Assembly (NCBI GenBank): GCA_034660415.1
Contig: JAYEJE010000084.1
Location: 1-43,373 of the forward strand
Origin: Methanobacteriota archaeon
GTDB taxonomy: Archaea; Halobacteriota; Syntropharchaeia; Alkanophagales; Methanospirareceae
Reading direction: 5' to 3'
Length of the DNA: 43,373 nt
Part shown: positions 1 through 9,565 of the stretch, one piece after another
Layout of the letters: the number at the start of each line of letters is the position of its first letter
Position numbering within the stretch: the first letter of the stretch is position 1
Position numbers and translations under genes: made by a program
The notes under the pieces: model-generated
What the model was told of the DNA's origin: nothing
Databases searched by the model: none
The model's input: only the letters and a program-made list of their open reading frames with translations

Positions 1-887
1 CCCACAAAGACCGTCTTACCGTACTCGATATACTGCGCGGTGATCCGGACGGCAAAACAAGGAGTTATTTGTTCAATGAAGAAGCTTTCGACCTGCTGGA
101 AAGATTTGGGGTTTCTAAAAAACTAATTTCCCAATTACAAGAGCGGGTTTCTGATAAAATACTGGATGAAGTGCAGATGCAGCAATTGCTAGGAGTTGTC
201 TTCCCCGATCAGGGTAAGGGCAAAATCAGACGGACAATGATTCTGGAAGCGGCAGCTATTGCTGCTTATCACCAGCAAACCGACTTCCCCATTGTGAAAG
301 TACTTTTGAGCGATGATGCGCCCCAATACAAGCTGCTTATATATTGGCAAGCACTGTGCTGGGTTCACGACGGACGAAACTACAAGAAGTTGCGCCCCGT
401 AGTGCCAGTACACCGTGAGAAACTCGATGAATTTCGGGGTAAATACTGGGATTATTACCGTAAACTCTCGAAGTTCTGGGAAAATTCGTCTCAAGAGGAG
501 GCTGAAGCACTATCGGCGAAATTTGATCAATTGTTTTCCACGAAAACCGGGTATCCTGCTCTGGATGAGCGGATTGCAAAGAGTAATGCTAAAAAGTCGG
601 AGCTCCTAATGGTGTTGAAACACCCAGAGCTTCCTTTACATAACAACGATGCGGAATTGGGTGCGAGAGCACAGGTTCGCAAGCGTGACGTAAGTCTGCA
701 TACAATGACCGAAGATGGTACAAAGGCTAACGATACCTTTTTGACGATTGGTCAGACTGCGAAGAAGTTAGGTGTGTGTGCGTATGAGTACATCTATGAT
801 CGAATCAGTAAGCGTTTTCGCTTGCCTTCGCTTGCGGAACTGATTAGAGCAATGAGGTTTCCAGAGAAAGACTACGATACGGGTTAG
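1..887 (+). CDS. IS66-family-like DDE transposase, C-terminal part; the 5' end runs off the window
   Basis: The reading frame is open from base 3, with no stop before the listed TTG at 69. SDDAPQY, CWVHDGRNY and HNNDAELGARAQVRKRDVS followed by TAKKLGV resemble the DDE core and C-terminal helix of IS66-type transposases. Confidence 0.6.
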   Translation, partial: HKDRLTVLDILRGDPDGKTRSYLFNEEAFDLLERFGVSKKLISQLQERVSDKILDEVQMQQLLGVVFPDQGKGKIRRTMILEAAAIAAYHQQTDFPIVKVLLSDDAPQYKLLIYWQALCWVHDGRNYKKLRPVVPVHREKLDEFRGKYWDYYRKLSKFWENSSQEEAEALSAKFDQLFSTKTGYPALDERIAKSNAKKSELLMVLKHPELPLHNNDAELGARAQVRKRDVSLHTMTEDGTKANDTFLTIGQTAKKLGVCAYEYIYDRISKRFRLPSLAELIRAMRFPEKDYDTG

Positions 888-1361
888 GATGAAGGCTGTT
901 TGTTGGGCGTGGTATATTTTCCTGGACATATCGCAAAGTGCAGTAGAATAAGGATAGTCATGTATGACTGGACTGTATGTCCTAACTGGGGGTAACTCTG
1001 AGAAGTAGTATATCTTCAAGTCTATTACCAATCAATTTGAAGAGGATACAAAAGAATTAATACCTGCATTAGTAAATGCCTATAAAGAAGTCTTAAAGAG
1101 AAACGAATAATCAAATAAATAACTTTTATATGTTTACTTTAAGGTGTAGCCCTGCGCCTAAAAACAAATACAGAATCCTTGTAAACCGTAGAACTCAATA
1201 ACTATGAGCATCCTCTTGATGCCTCCCGATTCATCGGGAGGTCCGTGACTTAGACATATCACAATTATCTAATTATGTTTAACCACATATAACTTTTTGT
1301 ATAAGCGACGTTAAAATCATTAATCTTGACATCAATTCCATATGCATTGCTGAATTGTAGT

Positions 1362-3497
1362 TTATTCCGGAATTATTTGAGTTTTATCCAACAATTTCGC
1401 TGCCTTCACCACTAATCTTGCAGTATTCTCGTCCTCCTCCACTATCTCACTTTCCATTATAACAAGCCTTTTCTGGAACATTGGCCCATCCAACACTAGA
1501 GATTCAAATTCACCACCTTCTCCTGAGATGTTCAAAAAATATTTGTTCCGTGCAACCAATCGGTCAACATCCGCCACGGTTATCTTTCTACCAAGCCAGC
1601 TCTTGTCTAAACCATAAGCACTAATACCCGATAAAATCACATCGAAATAGGATATCACGAGCCGCATCTCCGTCTCCTGGTTCATATGCCATAACGGGGA
1701 GAACACTTTGAGGTCTTCTTCTGCTGCTATCCGTTCTATCCGCTCTTTTTGGTAATTACTCCATAATGCACCTGTTATAACGCCTTCTATCCCGTATATC
1801 CGCTTTGCATTCCTTAATGCATCGCGCAAATCATCCAGTTCCTCTTCTTTCTTGCCTTCCGTCTCTTTCATTATTATAGGCAAACCAATCGCCTCGGCTT
1901 GCAGCTTTGCCAGGTCTATTGCAGGAGTATGAAACATATAAGACACAGGATTCAGACTTTTCAGGGTGATAAGACATACCACAGGGTAGCCTACCTTCCT
2001 CATGAGCCAGAGCGCGTAAGTACTATCCTTACCCGAACTGAAGAGACAACCCAACTTCACATTTCGCGATGGATATAACGTTTTGAGGTATTCTCTTTTA
2101 TACTTATATCCTTCTCGTCTGGCGATTTTATCTATCGCTTTAAGGAAGTTTGAGCCATACTGTACCGCCCTTTTTTTCCTGCTCGCAACCGCCACGAGAC
2201 CAAGGTCTCGTGCTATCTCCCTTAATATCACTCGGTTCACATCACCCGCCAGTTTATACGCTGCGGGTATTTTCAATGCGTAATCCACAAGCTCAGTAGC
2301 CAAAAATGGAGCTCGCAACGAAATCCCGTGCGCTCTCGCCACCTGTTCATCTCGATAAAGGTCACTCTCATACAACCACCTGATACCCGATAGGCATTCC
2401 GTGTTCAACTCATTCGGTTTCACATGTTTATGTCTCCTGTATCCTGCGAACAGCTCCTCGGTGCCGAGACCATATAATAACGTTTTTATGCCTTCCGCCC
2501 TCGCGTACTCACATGCTACATATAGCGGTAATGCCACACTTACTTTCACAACGTCTGTATCATCGATCCAAGAAACGACTTCATGGAGCGGCTTCTCAAG
2601 CAGATCCGCCCTCATTTTTATTAGGTTCAGCTTTAAGCCCAAATCCGCAGCAATCTGCTTCGCATAGTCCAAATCCTCCGCATCCTTCATACCTGGCTCT
2701 TCAACCGCCACTGTATAGCAAACAAAATCCGCGTCTAATTCCTTACATAAATACGCGATGAGTGTGGAGTCCAATCCACCGGAAAAGAGTACACCAAATC
2801 GTTCATCTGGCGGTATCAACCTCTGGATACTCGCACGCAGCAAGTTCAGCAATTTCTCCTTTATCTCTACCTTATCTGACTTTAGCTCGGGCACGATGGA
2901 GAAGAAGTCCCTTTTCTCGAAGCATAATCGGTCTTCTTTTATCCTATATCTCAAGAATGTTCTCGGTTCAAGTCCAATTGCATGATAAAATCCCATCGCT
3001 TCCAATGCCTTTCGCTCCGATGCAAATGCAAATCCATCGTTATGTGCGAAATAAACAGCTTTCAATCCCACTATATCTCTGGCTATGTACAACTCATCGT
3101 CTATCCAATATGCAAGGGCATAAGCACCTTCGATCTTAGAGAGAAAAGCAAAAGAACCCTGTTTCTCTACTAATCTTAGAAGCATGTCATAGCTGTTTTC
3201 GCCTTCTATATCGTATTCGCCCTTTAATTCGTTCAAATTATATATCTCTGCGTCTGCTACGAACTTGCTTTCTAAGCCTTTTGTTGAAAGAGCTGAGTTA
3301 GCGTAACAAAACCCCATACAATTTCTACTACCTTTATCCACTTTTTGGCTTAAGTCTTGCAGGTCATGGGAATAGAACTCGCCGTTTTCCGTGCATAACC
3401 CAAATAGCACCTCATCTTTACCTCTCTGCACTTCTAAACTCTTGAGTACAAGCTCCACTGATCTCTTATTGTTAAAAACGCCCGTTATTCTATTCAT
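1362..3497 (-). CDS. Fusion of an asparagine-synthase-like domain (AsnB family, no N-terminal Cys nucleophile) and a Dph6/MJ0570-like (DUF71) ATP pyrophosphatase
   Basis: 711-aa ORF. The first PP-loop is VLFSGGLDSTLIAYL (AsnB-type) and the second is CLFSSGKDSTYALWLM (diphthine-ammonia ligase type). The N-terminus is MNRITGVF rather than MCG. Confidence 0.7.
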   Translation of the reverse strand: MNRITGVFNNKRSVELVLKSLEVQRGKDEVLFGLCTENGEFYSHDLQDLSQKVDKGSRNCMGFCYANSALSTKGLESKFVADAEIYNLNELKGEYDIEGENSYDMLLRLVEKQGSFAFLSKIEGAYALAYWIDDELYIARDIVGLKAVYFAHNDGFAFASERKALEAMGFYHAIGLEPRTFLRYRIKEDRLCFEKRDFFSIVPELKSDKVEIKEKLLNLLRASIQRLIPPDERFGVLFSGGLDSTLIAYLCKELDADFVCYTVAVEEPGMKDAEDLDYAKQIAADLGLKLNLIKMRADLLEKPLHEVVSWIDDTDVVKVSVALPLYVACEYARAEGIKTLLYGLGTEELFAGYRRHKHVKPNELNTECLSGIRWLYESDLYRDEQVARAHGISLRAPFLATELVDYALKIPAAYKLAGDVNRVILREIARDLGLVAVASRKKRAVQYGSNFLKAIDKIARREGYKYKREYLKTLYPSRNVKLGCLFSSGKDSTYALWLMRKVGYPVVCLITLKSLNPVSYMFHTPAIDLAKLQAEAIGLPIIMKETEGKKEEELDDLRDALRNAKRIYGIEGVITGALWSNYQKERIERIAAEEDLKVFSPLWHMNQETEMRLVISYFDVILSGISAYGLDKSWLGRKITVADVDRLVARNKYFLNISGEGGEFESLVLDGPMFQKRLVIMESEIVEEDENTARLVVKAAKLLDKTQIIPE

Positions 3498-3503
3498 TTC
3501 TCG

Positions 3504-3638
3504 TTGTATATAAAGTATAACTACCTTCTATTAAATTTAGGACACAGATTTACACTGATTTACGCGGACTTTCTAAACTAAATTTGCGTTTGACATTGTT
3601 GATCTTTATAATCTGTGTCAATAATTTATTTTCTTGTG
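3504..3638 (+). repeat. Copy 1 of a ~135-140 bp repeat with a MITE-like core (GACACAGATT ... AATCTGTGTC) built from 10-bp-periodic decamers
   Basis: TTGTATATAAAGTATAACT ... GACACAGATTTACACTGATTTACGC ... AATCTGTGTCAATAATTTATTTTCTTGTG matches the reverse complement of 23676-23817. Confidence 0.75.
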
Positions 3639-3671
3639 TTTTTTTTACACCGCTATACAATCTACTATTTA

Positions 3672-3682
3672 TCTTTATATGA
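3672..3682 (+). promoter_or_regulatory. TATA box candidate for the tRNA gene
   Basis: CTTTATATGA lies about 37-45 nt upstream of the mature tRNA 5' end. Confidence 0.35.
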
Positions 3683-3716
3683 ATCCCTGTTTTATTATAT
3701 TGTAGGTAGAGAATAA

Positions 3717-3791
3717 AGCGGGGTAGGGTAGTTAGGAGATCCCGTCGGGCTCATAACCCGGAGATCGATGGTTCGAATCCATCCTCCGCTA
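3717..3791 (+). tRNA. tRNA-Met(CAT): Archaeal initiator tRNA-Met (anticodon CAT)
   Basis: Hand-folded cloverleaf. Acceptor stem AGCGGGG/CTCCGCT with an A1:U72 pair. Anticodon stem TCGGG/CCCGG carries three consecutive G:C pairs, with loop CTCATAA. T arm is GATGG-TTCGAAT-CCATC. Discriminator is A and no CCA is encoded. Confidence 0.9.
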
Positions 3792-3810
3792 TTCTATTAA
3801 CGGAAGTAGA

Positions 3811-5064
3811 ATGATAATCAATTCCGACCTACATATCCATTCACGCTATTCTGCAGCTACTTCACCGCGTATGGATCTACCCACGTTGGCGAAAGAAGCG
3901 TCAAAGAAGGGTATGCAGCTACTCGGTACCGGTGACTGCTTACATCCAAAATGGTTAGCTTGTATAAGAGAGCTGGAAGAGAGTGGAGGCATCTTCTCCT
4001 TTAAGGGTAGCGAAGAAGGCACTAATTTTGTGCTCACGGTGGAAGTGGAAGATGAGCGAAGAGTGCACCATTTACTTATCTTGCCGTCCATCTCAAAGGC
4101 AGAAGAGCTATACGAGTCGTTTAGAGCGCATTCATTGAATATAGATAGGGATGGTAGACCTTCGCTGCGACTGAGTGGCCAAGAGATAGCAGACCATGCA
4201 AAGGCTGCGGAAGCGCTTATAGGACCTTGTCACGCGTTCACACCATGGACCGGTTTATATGCGTATCACAATTCGCTGAAGGAGTGCTATTCTGATCTGG
4301 TAGGGTATATTTCCTTTGTTGAATTGGGGTTGAGTGCGGATTCATCATATGCCGATAGAATAGGTGAGCTGAGGGATCTTACGTTTTTGACTAATTCCGA
4401 TGCGCATTCGCCTTACCCTATTCGGCTGGCGCGAGAGTTTAACCGGTTTCACGTAGAGGCGATGGGTTTTGACGAGTTGAAAGCGGCGATAGAGCGAAAA
4501 AGCGGTAGGAAGCCAGTGCTTAATGTCGGATTCCCACCAGCGGAGGGCAAGTATAATGAAAGCGCGTGCATCAGGTGCTACAAACATTATTCGCTCAGCG
4601 AGGCGATTATAGTGGGATGGCGATGTGAATGTGGAGGTATGATAAAGAAAGGGGTAAGAGACCGGGTGAATGAGCTTGCAGATTGCGATTACACACATCC
4701 GGAGCATCGTCCACCTTATCTGCACTTGATACCGCTGGCTGAAATAATCGGATTGGCATTGCATAAGTCCGTGACTTCAAAGGCGGTAACAGAGATATTG
4801 GGCTCGCTACTTTCTGTATTTGGTACTGAGGTTAACGTGTTGGTGGATGCACCACTAGACAATTTCCATAAAGCTAATTTGGACGATCGAGTGGTAGAAG
4901 CAATAGCAGCATTTAGGGGCGGTGAAATACGAGTTATAGCTGGTGGCGGAGGGAAATACGGTGTTATCGAGCTAAAACCAAAAGGTGGTGAAATGAAGGA
5001 AGAAGAAGTAGGGGAAGATAGAGGAAGAGGACAAAAGGGGCAGCGTTCTTTGCTTGATTTTTGA
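3811..5064 (+). CDS. endoQ: Endonuclease Q (PHP domain plus Zn-ribbon; cleaves at deaminated bases)
   Basis: IINSDLHIHSRYS, GPCHAFTPWTGLY, NSDAHSP, CxxC...CxC, KKGVRDRVNELAD, RPPYLHLIPLAEIIG and GGGGKYGVIE follow the Pyrococcus EndoQ pattern as I recall it. Confidence 0.85.
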   Translation: MIINSDLHIHSRYSAATSPRMDLPTLAKEASKKGMQLLGTGDCLHPKWLACIRELEESGGIFSFKGSEEGTNFVLTVEVEDERRVHHLLILPSISKAEELYESFRAHSLNIDRDGRPSLRLSGQEIADHAKAAEALIGPCHAFTPWTGLYAYHNSLKECYSDLVGYISFVELGLSADSSYADRIGELRDLTFLTNSDAHSPYPIRLAREFNRFHVEAMGFDELKAAIERKSGRKPVLNVGFPPAEGKYNESACIRCYKHYSLSEAIIVGWRCECGGMIKKGVRDRVNELADCDYTHPEHRPPYLHLIPLAEIIGLALHKSVTSKAVTEILGSLLSVFGTEVNVLVDAPLDNFHKANLDDRVVEAIAAFRGGEIRVIAGGGGKYGVIELKPKGGEMKEEEVGEDRGRGQKGQRSLLDF

Positions 5065-5183
5065 TTGCTTTTCTACCTGAATTTGCAACAGCATTAACTG
5101 TTGATGACGGTGGAACAAGTCTTTAAAGTTTCACTTGGTTTCTTTTTGATGAATAAATTCTTCTTCTTTTCAAACTGACCAGC

Positions 5184-5341
5184 ATGGCGGGGCTATACGA
5201 GGACAACCTCTTCCTGACCTATCTTCATGAGTTCTTGGACCTCGAGCCTAAGGTCAAAGAGACGGGCGTATTGTGGAGCGGGGCACTCATGAGGAGCTGA
5301 TGGATTGTCGCGGTGAGTATGCCGAGCTGTTTGAGATCTAG
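5184..5341 (+). pseudogene. Remnant of an ABC exporter (MsbA-like). Linker and extreme C-terminus are joined by an internal deletion and a frameshift.
   Basis: One frame reads AGLYEDNLFLTYLHEFLDLEPKVKE. The +1 frame then reads GRIVERGTHEELMDCRGEYAELFEI-stop. The whole NBD core between them is missing. Confidence 0.55.
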
Positions 5342-5440
5342 GCAAGACACTATCTGTGAGGTAGGTGCGTGATGAAAAAATTATTAATTCCGCAACAAGT
5401 TTAATTACTATTTCAGTAATCAACTATATATATACGAAAA

Positions 5441-6037
5441 ATGAAATGGATAGAAATCATGAAGATGATTGCGGATAATGGAATAAGCATCTTTACCGTT
5501 TCAGAATTCAGAAGAGTAACGGATCTTTCTGAGACAGCGGCGCAGAAATTCGTGGAGCGATACGCAAAAAGAGGTTTATTAACGCGTTTAAAAAAGGGGA
5601 TGTACATGGTCACAGACAACCCCTCTCCCTCGCTCCTTATATCAAATAGGCTTTACAGGCCCTCATATGTATCTTTTGAATCCGCCCTGAGCTACCATAG
5701 GATAATCCCGGAAACCGTTTATGCCGTAACCGCGGCTACGACTAAACCGACACGAAACTTTGACGTGGCTGGGAAAGCTTTCATCTATCATAAAATCAAA
5801 ACGAATGCGTATACCGGCTATGCTCCAACGAGAATAGGCAATGAGGTGATCCTGTTAGCCACTCCAGAGAAGGCATTGGTAGATTATCTCTATCTCGTCA
5901 ACTTAGGTAAGAAGCCCCTTTACGAACGTCTTGAATTCAGAGAGTTAAGTAAAGAGAAAATTGTAGCTAATACGATTCTTTTTAGACGTCCTTCTTTTTA
6001 CAAATGGGTGCAAAATGATATCATCAGAGACAATTAA
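5441..6037 (+). CDS. abiEi: Type IV toxin-antitoxin antitoxin, AbiEi family
   Basis: 198 aa with an N-terminal wHTH. It overlaps the downstream AbiEii-like ORF by 23 nt, which is the typical operon layout. Confidence 0.7.
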   Translation: MKWIEIMKMIADNGISIFTVSEFRRVTDLSETAAQKFVERYAKRGLLTRLKKGMYMVTDNPSPSLLISNRLYRPSYVSFESALSYHRIIPETVYAVTAATTKPTRNFDVAGKAFIYHKIKTNAYTGYAPTRIGNEVILLATPEKALVDYLYLVNLGKKPLYERLEFRELSKEKIVANTILFRRPSFYKWVQNDIIRDN

Positions 6038-6734
6038 GGAATTTGCACTGAAGAACCAGACAACTGAGCTGAATATCGCTCGCGAATACCTCCAGAACCT
6101 ATTCCTCTGTTATTTCTATCAACAGGATAGGTCAGAAACAATTCTTTTCAAAGGAGGAACTGCGTTAAAATTAATACATCAAAGCCCGCGTTATTCCGCG
6201 GATTTGGATTTTTCGAGCACGGTAGCCACGGAACGGGATATAACAAGCGTAATCGAAAAAACCATGATTGAGGTCAATCGAGAAGGGGTGGACATGAGTA
6301 TCATTGAGACGAAATTAACATCAGGCGGCTATCTCGCCATAATAGAGGGGAATGTAGGGGAGTGGAAAATCAGCATTCTTATCAATATTTCATTAAGGCC
6401 AAAGAAGGTAGAAAAGGAAGCTGTAATGATTACGAATCCCTTTTTGCCCCCTTATCTCCTTTTATCGCTTCAGGAGGATCTGATAGTTCTAGAGAAGATC
6501 AGTGCGCTTCTTGATCGCAAAAAGCCGCGGGATTTCTTCGACCTCTATTTCATGCTCAGAGCAGGTATGTCACGGAAAATCGTGGCTGCACACAAAGCCA
6601 AACTGATGGGTGAAGTCGAAAAAATAGACGACAAAGCCATAAGTAACGAATTGAAGCTATTCCTCCCGCGGAGTTATTGGCCTGTTCTGAGAGAGTTTCG
6701 GAAAAGCCTATTAAAAGAATTGAAAAGACGCTAA
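6015..6734 (+). CDS. abiEii: Nucleotidyltransferase toxin, AbiEii/AbiGii family
   Basis: FKGGTALKL ... YSADLDFS motif typical of AbiEii, plus the C-terminal KPRDFFDLYF motif. Confidence 0.75.
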   Translation: MISSETIKEFALKNQTTELNIAREYLQNLFLCYFYQQDRSETILFKGGTALKLIHQSPRYSADLDFSSTVATERDITSVIEKTMIEVNREGVDMSIIETKLTSGGYLAIIEGNVGEWKISILINISLRPKKVEKEAVMITNPFLPPYLLLSLQEDLIVLEKISALLDRKKPRDFFDLYFMLRAGMSRKIVAAHKAKLMGEVEKIDDKAISNELKLFLPRSYWPVLREFRKSLLKELKRR

Positions 6735-6752
6735 TATCTCCGCGTTGATAAA

Positions 6753-8429
6753 TCACGTAGTTTTCTTGACGCCAACGCAAACCTCAGAAGCACGCCATAT
6801 CGCTTCTATATAGCCCATATCGGAATCACTCAATAACCCCTGGATGTCAATATCGCTTCTATCGCCTACTTCGCCTACCACAGTAAACTCAAGCCGTGCT
6901 AATTCCGCAGATCCGTCAATTGTCGAACCCGAGAAGCTTGCGAAAGCAAAAACCTTCACTGTCCCGGCAGTACCTGTGTCTTGCAGCCATGAAGACCAAC
7001 TTGAAATATCTGACCCTTGTTCTACGTTTGTTAGCATTATAACAGACGGGTCGTAGCTCAGATTGAACATAACCATCGCGAGGTCGCTAACAGTATCTAT
7101 ATTTACCGTGGCGGTGAAGTTCTCTATGACTTCCAAGGGGTTTTCTACTGAAACGGTAACGGGATAATACACGAAGGATGCATTTGCTGATGATAATATA
7201 TCCGATTGAGGAGACCATTCAATAAGATACAACGCTGCTGGTATGTTCTCTTCGCACGTAGGTATTATCAGGTCTTCGGGCAGTTCAAACGGTTTACCAC
7301 CGCCATCCCACAAGTTTTTTGGCCTTAACTCAACGGTAAATGCTGCAATATTATACGCGCCATAAAGCCAATCATCAGAATCGCCACTTGCTCTGTAAAG
7401 ATTAGATGCCTGTCTAGCAGAGTAGTTCATTCCGTGTACATCTCTAATTGCATTAGCCATATCCTCAGCCATATTACTCAGTTGCTCTTTATGCGGTGCT
7501 GCATCATTTGTATAACCCCAGGGATAGAGAACTAACTGAGAATAGCTATGATAACTTATAGAAGCGTAGAACTCATGTGTAGCTACGAAATCACGTATCG
7601 CTTGCGTTTCCGGCTCAGAAAAGGGTGCTACGCCCCGGTAAGTCTCCTTTTCGGGATCATCACTTGAACCCGCAAGACCCCAGTTATAACCGAAATTTCT
7701 ATTCTGATCAACGCCGAAAGAGCCATTACCATTGTCTCTTCTATTCTTTCGCCAGTTTCGATCATATGTGCGGCTATATTCTAGGCCATCGGGATTGACC
7801 AAAGGCACAATCCAAATCTCACGACTGTCTACCAACTGCTTTACCTTTTGATCTGTACCATAAAGATCCAGAAGATACTTAGCAAGATAAAACGGGACTT
7901 CAACGGAAATCCATTCGCGTGCATGGATCCCGCCCATGAACAGTATATCTGGTTCATCCCTTTCTTCGATTGTTACATTGTCACTGATTTTTATTGCCAA
8001 AATATCTCTATCAGCAATTCCTACTGTCTTTTCCCAGCTATCGCCTATATCATACAGCTTTGTGATATTTGGATAGAGATCTACAAGATTTTTGAGGTCT
8101 GTCTTCAAAGTGCTGTAAGAATGGTATGCTGTCTGAGAGGATACTGGAACAGCTCCCAGCTCAAAAATTTTTCCGCGTAATAGCTCTACACTATAACCTT
8201 TCCCTTTCAGGTCTATTATCTGCCTGTCACAAACCCTCGCTATTACTCGCCCTTGATCTACTTCCCATAGATCTAATCCCAAATCCGATAAGATATCCAC
8301 ATCATCCTGGTTTTCGATATAAACAGTGACCAATTTTTTGGCATTCAAATCGTCAGTCCCGATTGCACTGGCTATAAATATCGCGTTTAATAGCATCAAT
8401 CCGAATAAAATGGCAGTTCTTTTCTTCAT
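6753..8429 (-). CDS. Secreted M14 zinc carboxypeptidase with a C-terminal cohesin-like domain
   Basis: Signal peptide MKKRTAILFGLMLLNAIFIASAIG. GGIHAREWIS (HxxE) and SYHSYSQL motifs of the M14 family. The C-terminal block FNLSYDPSVIMLTNVEQG is cohesin-like. Confidence 0.8.
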   Translation of the reverse strand: MKKRTAILFGLMLLNAIFIASAIGTDDLNAKKLVTVYIENQDDVDILSDLGLDLWEVDQGRVIARVCDRQIIDLKGKGYSVELLRGKIFELGAVPVSSQTAYHSYSTLKTDLKNLVDLYPNITKLYDIGDSWEKTVGIADRDILAIKISDNVTIEERDEPDILFMGGIHAREWISVEVPFYLAKYLLDLYGTDQKVKQLVDSREIWIVPLVNPDGLEYSRTYDRNWRKNRRDNGNGSFGVDQNRNFGYNWGLAGSSDDPEKETYRGVAPFSEPETQAIRDFVATHEFYASISYHSYSQLVLYPWGYTNDAAPHKEQLSNMAEDMANAIRDVHGMNYSARQASNLYRASGDSDDWLYGAYNIAAFTVELRPKNLWDGGGKPFELPEDLIIPTCEENIPAALYLIEWSPQSDILSSANASFVYYPVTVSVENPLEVIENFTATVNIDTVSDLAMVMFNLSYDPSVIMLTNVEQGSDISSWSSWLQDTGTAGTVKVFAFASFSGSTIDGSAELARLEFTVVGEVGDRSDIDIQGLLSDSDMGYIEAIWRASEVCVGVKKTT

Positions 8430-8745
8430 CGCTCTAATGTCTCTTCTGCCGAATTCGTTCTATACTCTCTATTATCGGATACAAGTTAAAGATGATAAAG
8501 GTGTATCGCGGTATAAAATTTCTGTTCTCACTAAAGAGCAAAAGGAGATTATTGAAAAGTTGGGATTTGAGGATGCGCTATTTTAGGGTTGGAGCCTATA
8601 CAACGCTGAAAGTCGGGATATAATGCTTTGGTGTTAGATTTTCAACATTTCCCTCCTGTATTATTTCTTTTTATTTTTCTCACGAGCCCGAAGTCCTATC
8701 CCCTCTGCAAGCTTAGATAAATTTGAAAAAGAAAAAAATTGCTCA

Positions 8746-9555
8746 TCACCTGTTCCTTCTATGCGCCATATAGGCAACTGCTAAAATGCCTGCAATTGTG
8801 AATACCACCTCAAATCCCGGCTCTTTCGGTGCTGGTGCTGACGCTGACGCTGGTTTTTTAACACCTACAAAAAGTTCCTGGTCAGGTTGCAGTAAAAACT
8901 TATCCCTCGTATCTGCCCATTTCGACTTGAATGTCTTCTTTTCCGCTGCCGTTGCTTCTGCGGGTACACTGAACTTCACCTTTTTCCGTAGTTCGAAGTA
9001 GCCTTCCGGGAACACTCCCTCTTTCACTGCGACCTCGTAACAGTCCCCAGTTGATTTTCGGCAGATGTCGAACCTGAAATTATCTCGAGTATTATCCTTT
9101 GCTATTTTCTTCAAGTTCGATTGGCTCAGGTCCATTACTTCAGTCCCGTCAGGCAGAATTATCTTATACTCGCCTTCCGTTTTCGTTTCTATCCCCGCCC
9201 CTGTCCCCGTAATGTATCGAAAACAATCCTTGGAACCAAGAGTAGCAAGCCTGCTGATTATCTGGATGTCATCTCTTGCGGGTATCTCCTCGCCCCATAT
9301 TTCCGATATTCCTAACTGAGATGCCCTGAATGCACAAGCTCCACATCCACAAATAGCTCCGTGATATTTCCCTACGTCTTCTATTGATATTTCAAGCAGC
9401 GTATCACCATCATAAATTGAAATGGGCGCTAGCTCGTATTCCGGTAGCGGTTTGGCACCTGGCATGTGTGCATCAACGGAAATAATCGCTGTAGATACTG
9501 CAAGCAAAACCAACGACATAACCACAACTGTTTTTATTTTATCTATTCTTTTCAT
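8746..9555 (-). CDS. Surface-anchored protein: signal peptide, recurrent Cys-containing domain X, PGF-CTERM anchor
   Basis: Signal peptide ends VDA-HMPG. Domain X motifs are KYHGAICGCGACAFRAS, IPARDDIQIIS and VFPEGYFELRKK. The C-terminus PGFEVVFTIAGILAVAYMAHRRNR is a canonical PGF-CTERM. Confidence 0.7.
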   Translation of the reverse strand: MKRIDKIKTVVVMSLVLLAVSTAIISVDAHMPGAKPLPEYELAPISIYDGDTLLEISIEDVGKYHGAICGCGACAFRASQLGISEIWGEEIPARDDIQIISRLATLGSKDCFRYITGTGAGIETKTEGEYKIILPDGTEVMDLSQSNLKKIAKDNTRDNFRFDICRKSTGDCYEVAVKEGVFPEGYFELRKKVKFSVPAEATAAEKKTFKSKWADTRDKFLLQPDQELFVGVKKPASASAPAPKEPGFEVVFTIAGILAVAYMAHRRNR

Positions 9556-9565
9556 TTTTTTTTCT

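Noticed and set aside
1222-1241. Perfect 8-bp hairpin CCTCCCGA-TTCA-TCGGGAGG, considered as an IS terminal structure or regulatory RNA.
   Set aside because: It occurs once, ~120 nt past the AsnB-like stop, and I could not pair it with any inverted-repeat partner for the IS. At most it is a weak terminator candidate.
5193-5423. 76-aa minus-strand ORF in the EndoQ-AbiE spacer.
   Set aside because: The opposite strand carries recognisable ABC-exporter remnants in the same interval. The minus ORF has no SD and no motif.
8326-8586. 86-aa plus-strand ORF crossing the start of the carboxypeptidase gene.
   Set aside because: Its first half is antisense to the signal-peptide region of the M14 gene. 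The tail (KEQKEIIEKLGFEDALF) looks protein-like, but I could not tie it to any family.
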